NCBI RefSeq assembly: GCF_963921235.1
Contig: NC_086108.1
Location: 88,104,001-88,168,000, forward strand
DNA from: Mobula hypostoma
Taxonomy: Eukaryota
DNA: 64,000 bases
Direction of reading: 5' to 3'
How positions within the stretch are numbered: position 1 is the first letter of the stretch; the number at the start of each line of letters is the position of its first letter. A model generated the notes under the pieces. It had not been told where the DNA came from and searched no databases. It saw nothing but the letters and a program-made list of their open reading frames with translations. Below are positions 62,600 to 64,000 of the stretch, piece by piece. The position numbers were made by a program, and so were the translations under genes.

Positions 62600-63575
62600 T
62601 GTCATGGTCCAGTCCGTGAGGTCCGCATTCTGGTTCCCGGTCTGGTCCATCGATCTTTGTTCCAGGTTTTCTTGTTTTCTCCCTTGTTCTGTTGGGAGCC
62701 TTAATTGAGGCAACTTATTCTCATTTCACTCTGGCACATAATACCTCTGCAAACCAGGGATTGTTGGCTGCACTGTTCCCTTCCTTCTGAAACCTTCGCC
62801 TGAAACCTCATCAGTATCCTCGTCAATTTCAATTGCCGGAGTGAGACCAGAGCATCGCCACGCCAAGATAAGGAACTATCTATTGTTGAGTTTTGAACTG
62901 TCTCTTTGTGCCCCAGTGTTTAGTGTCCATGTCAAAGAAGAGTCCTGGCCCTTTGTCCTGTGCTCCCCAAGGAGGGGTCCCGGCTCTGTGTTCTGTGTTC
63001 TGTGTTCCGGTGCTCAAATCCAAGGCTCTGTGTTCCTGTGTTCCTGTGTTCCAAGTTCAAGTCCAGGCGTCATGTTCCAGCTCTATCCAAGTCTGAGCTT
63101 CATGTCCTTGCCCAGCCTAGGAGTACCTCACCCAGCCCAATGCTGGAGTTCCCTCATCCTGTGCAAGCCACATCCAAGAACCTCGTCCAGTTCATGTGCT
63201 AGTCCTGTGCAGGAGTTCCATGTCCTGTCCTGTGGCCACGTCGTGTCCTTGCCAAGATCCTAGTCCCAAGTCCTAGCCTAGGCCTGGATTCAGGCTCCGA
63301 GTCCCAACCAAGACCCAGGTTCCGGGTCCTTGTCCAGACTCTGGTTTTGGAGTTCCGAGTTCCTAGTCTAGCTCCTCGTTCCACATCCAGGTCCTGTGCT
63401 TCTAGCCCAAGTCCTAGCCCAGGCCCTGAATCCTAGTCTCGTCCAGGGTCTGTGTCAATGTCCAGCGTCGTTTCTTCCTTGCTCACCTTGCTATCTCAAT
63501 AACCCTAGTCCTGTTCCTAGTACTTCAGTGTCTGTGTCTTGCACTTGGATCTGCCATCAATGCCCACTTGTAACA
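62600..63575 (+). mobile_element. Solo Gypsy-type LTR, 976 bp
   Basis: tgtcatgg...tgtaaca with 5-bp TSD attcc at 62595-62599 and 63576-63580; its 3' end matches the reverse complement of 60671-60900. Confidence 0.88.
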
Positions 63576-64000
63576 ATTCCTCCTGCCGGCAGAGTCCTCC
63601 AAAACCTGCTAACAACTCACTGACTGGGGGCACCAGTCCTTGTCCGTGCTGTTCTGCTGGCCCAATATCCGATACCCGACCACAGGTGTCCCACGTCTGC
63701 GTCACTGGCCTTCAAATGCAGTGTAGAGGCTTAGACTCTGACCTAATCTAAAAGACAACTAAATATGAGCCGTGACCCAACAGAGATAGAAACTCAGCGC
63801 CAACACACCCTCCACAATGTTCTTATCTTCCTGAACATATGTACAAGCCTATGTACAAGCCTCTTAAATGCCTATAGTCATAGAGCAATACAGCATGTTT
63901 AACGCCCTTCCGCCCAGCAATGTTGCCTTTCCATCCTGTCCCAATTTCCAGTGGCCTGTATCCCTCTAAGCTCTGTCCCGTTGATTTTACCCCCCTCACC

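Overview
Vertebrate nuclear DNA, probably a cartilaginous fish (inferred from the CR1 + Penelope + Rex1 + V-domain tRNA-SINE landscape). The only host gene I can recognise is the 5' part of a Tie-family receptor tyrosine kinase, best matching TIE1, on the minus strand: exon 1 (signal peptide, 35721-35784), exon 2 (Ig1, 9014-9307), exon 3 (4390-4500) and exon 4 (3497-3652; Ig2 with exon 3). All three introns are phase 1 GT-AG and the exons join into one open frame; the EGF exons appear to lie left of the window. A CpG-richer unique stretch around 35.2-36.5 kb is the likely promoter. Most of the rest is decayed, often nested retroelements: CR1 (two near-full-length with SGNH-esterase ORF1 remnants), Rex1/Babar, Penelope-like elements (PLE), a Vingi-like LINE, an RTE-derived short element, tRNA SINEs and Gypsy LTR pieces. 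The most notable hidden structures are RNA-level: minimal hammerhead ribozyme motifs in the PLE pseudo-LTRs (one intact copy is sense to the TIE1 pre-mRNA) and an HDV-like ribozyme fold at the 5' end of the RTE-derived element. Both classes are known in related retroelements, so I do not claim a wholly new system. Repeat boundaries are approximate unless a TSD is quoted; family calls and protein comparisons come from recalled motifs, not database searches.
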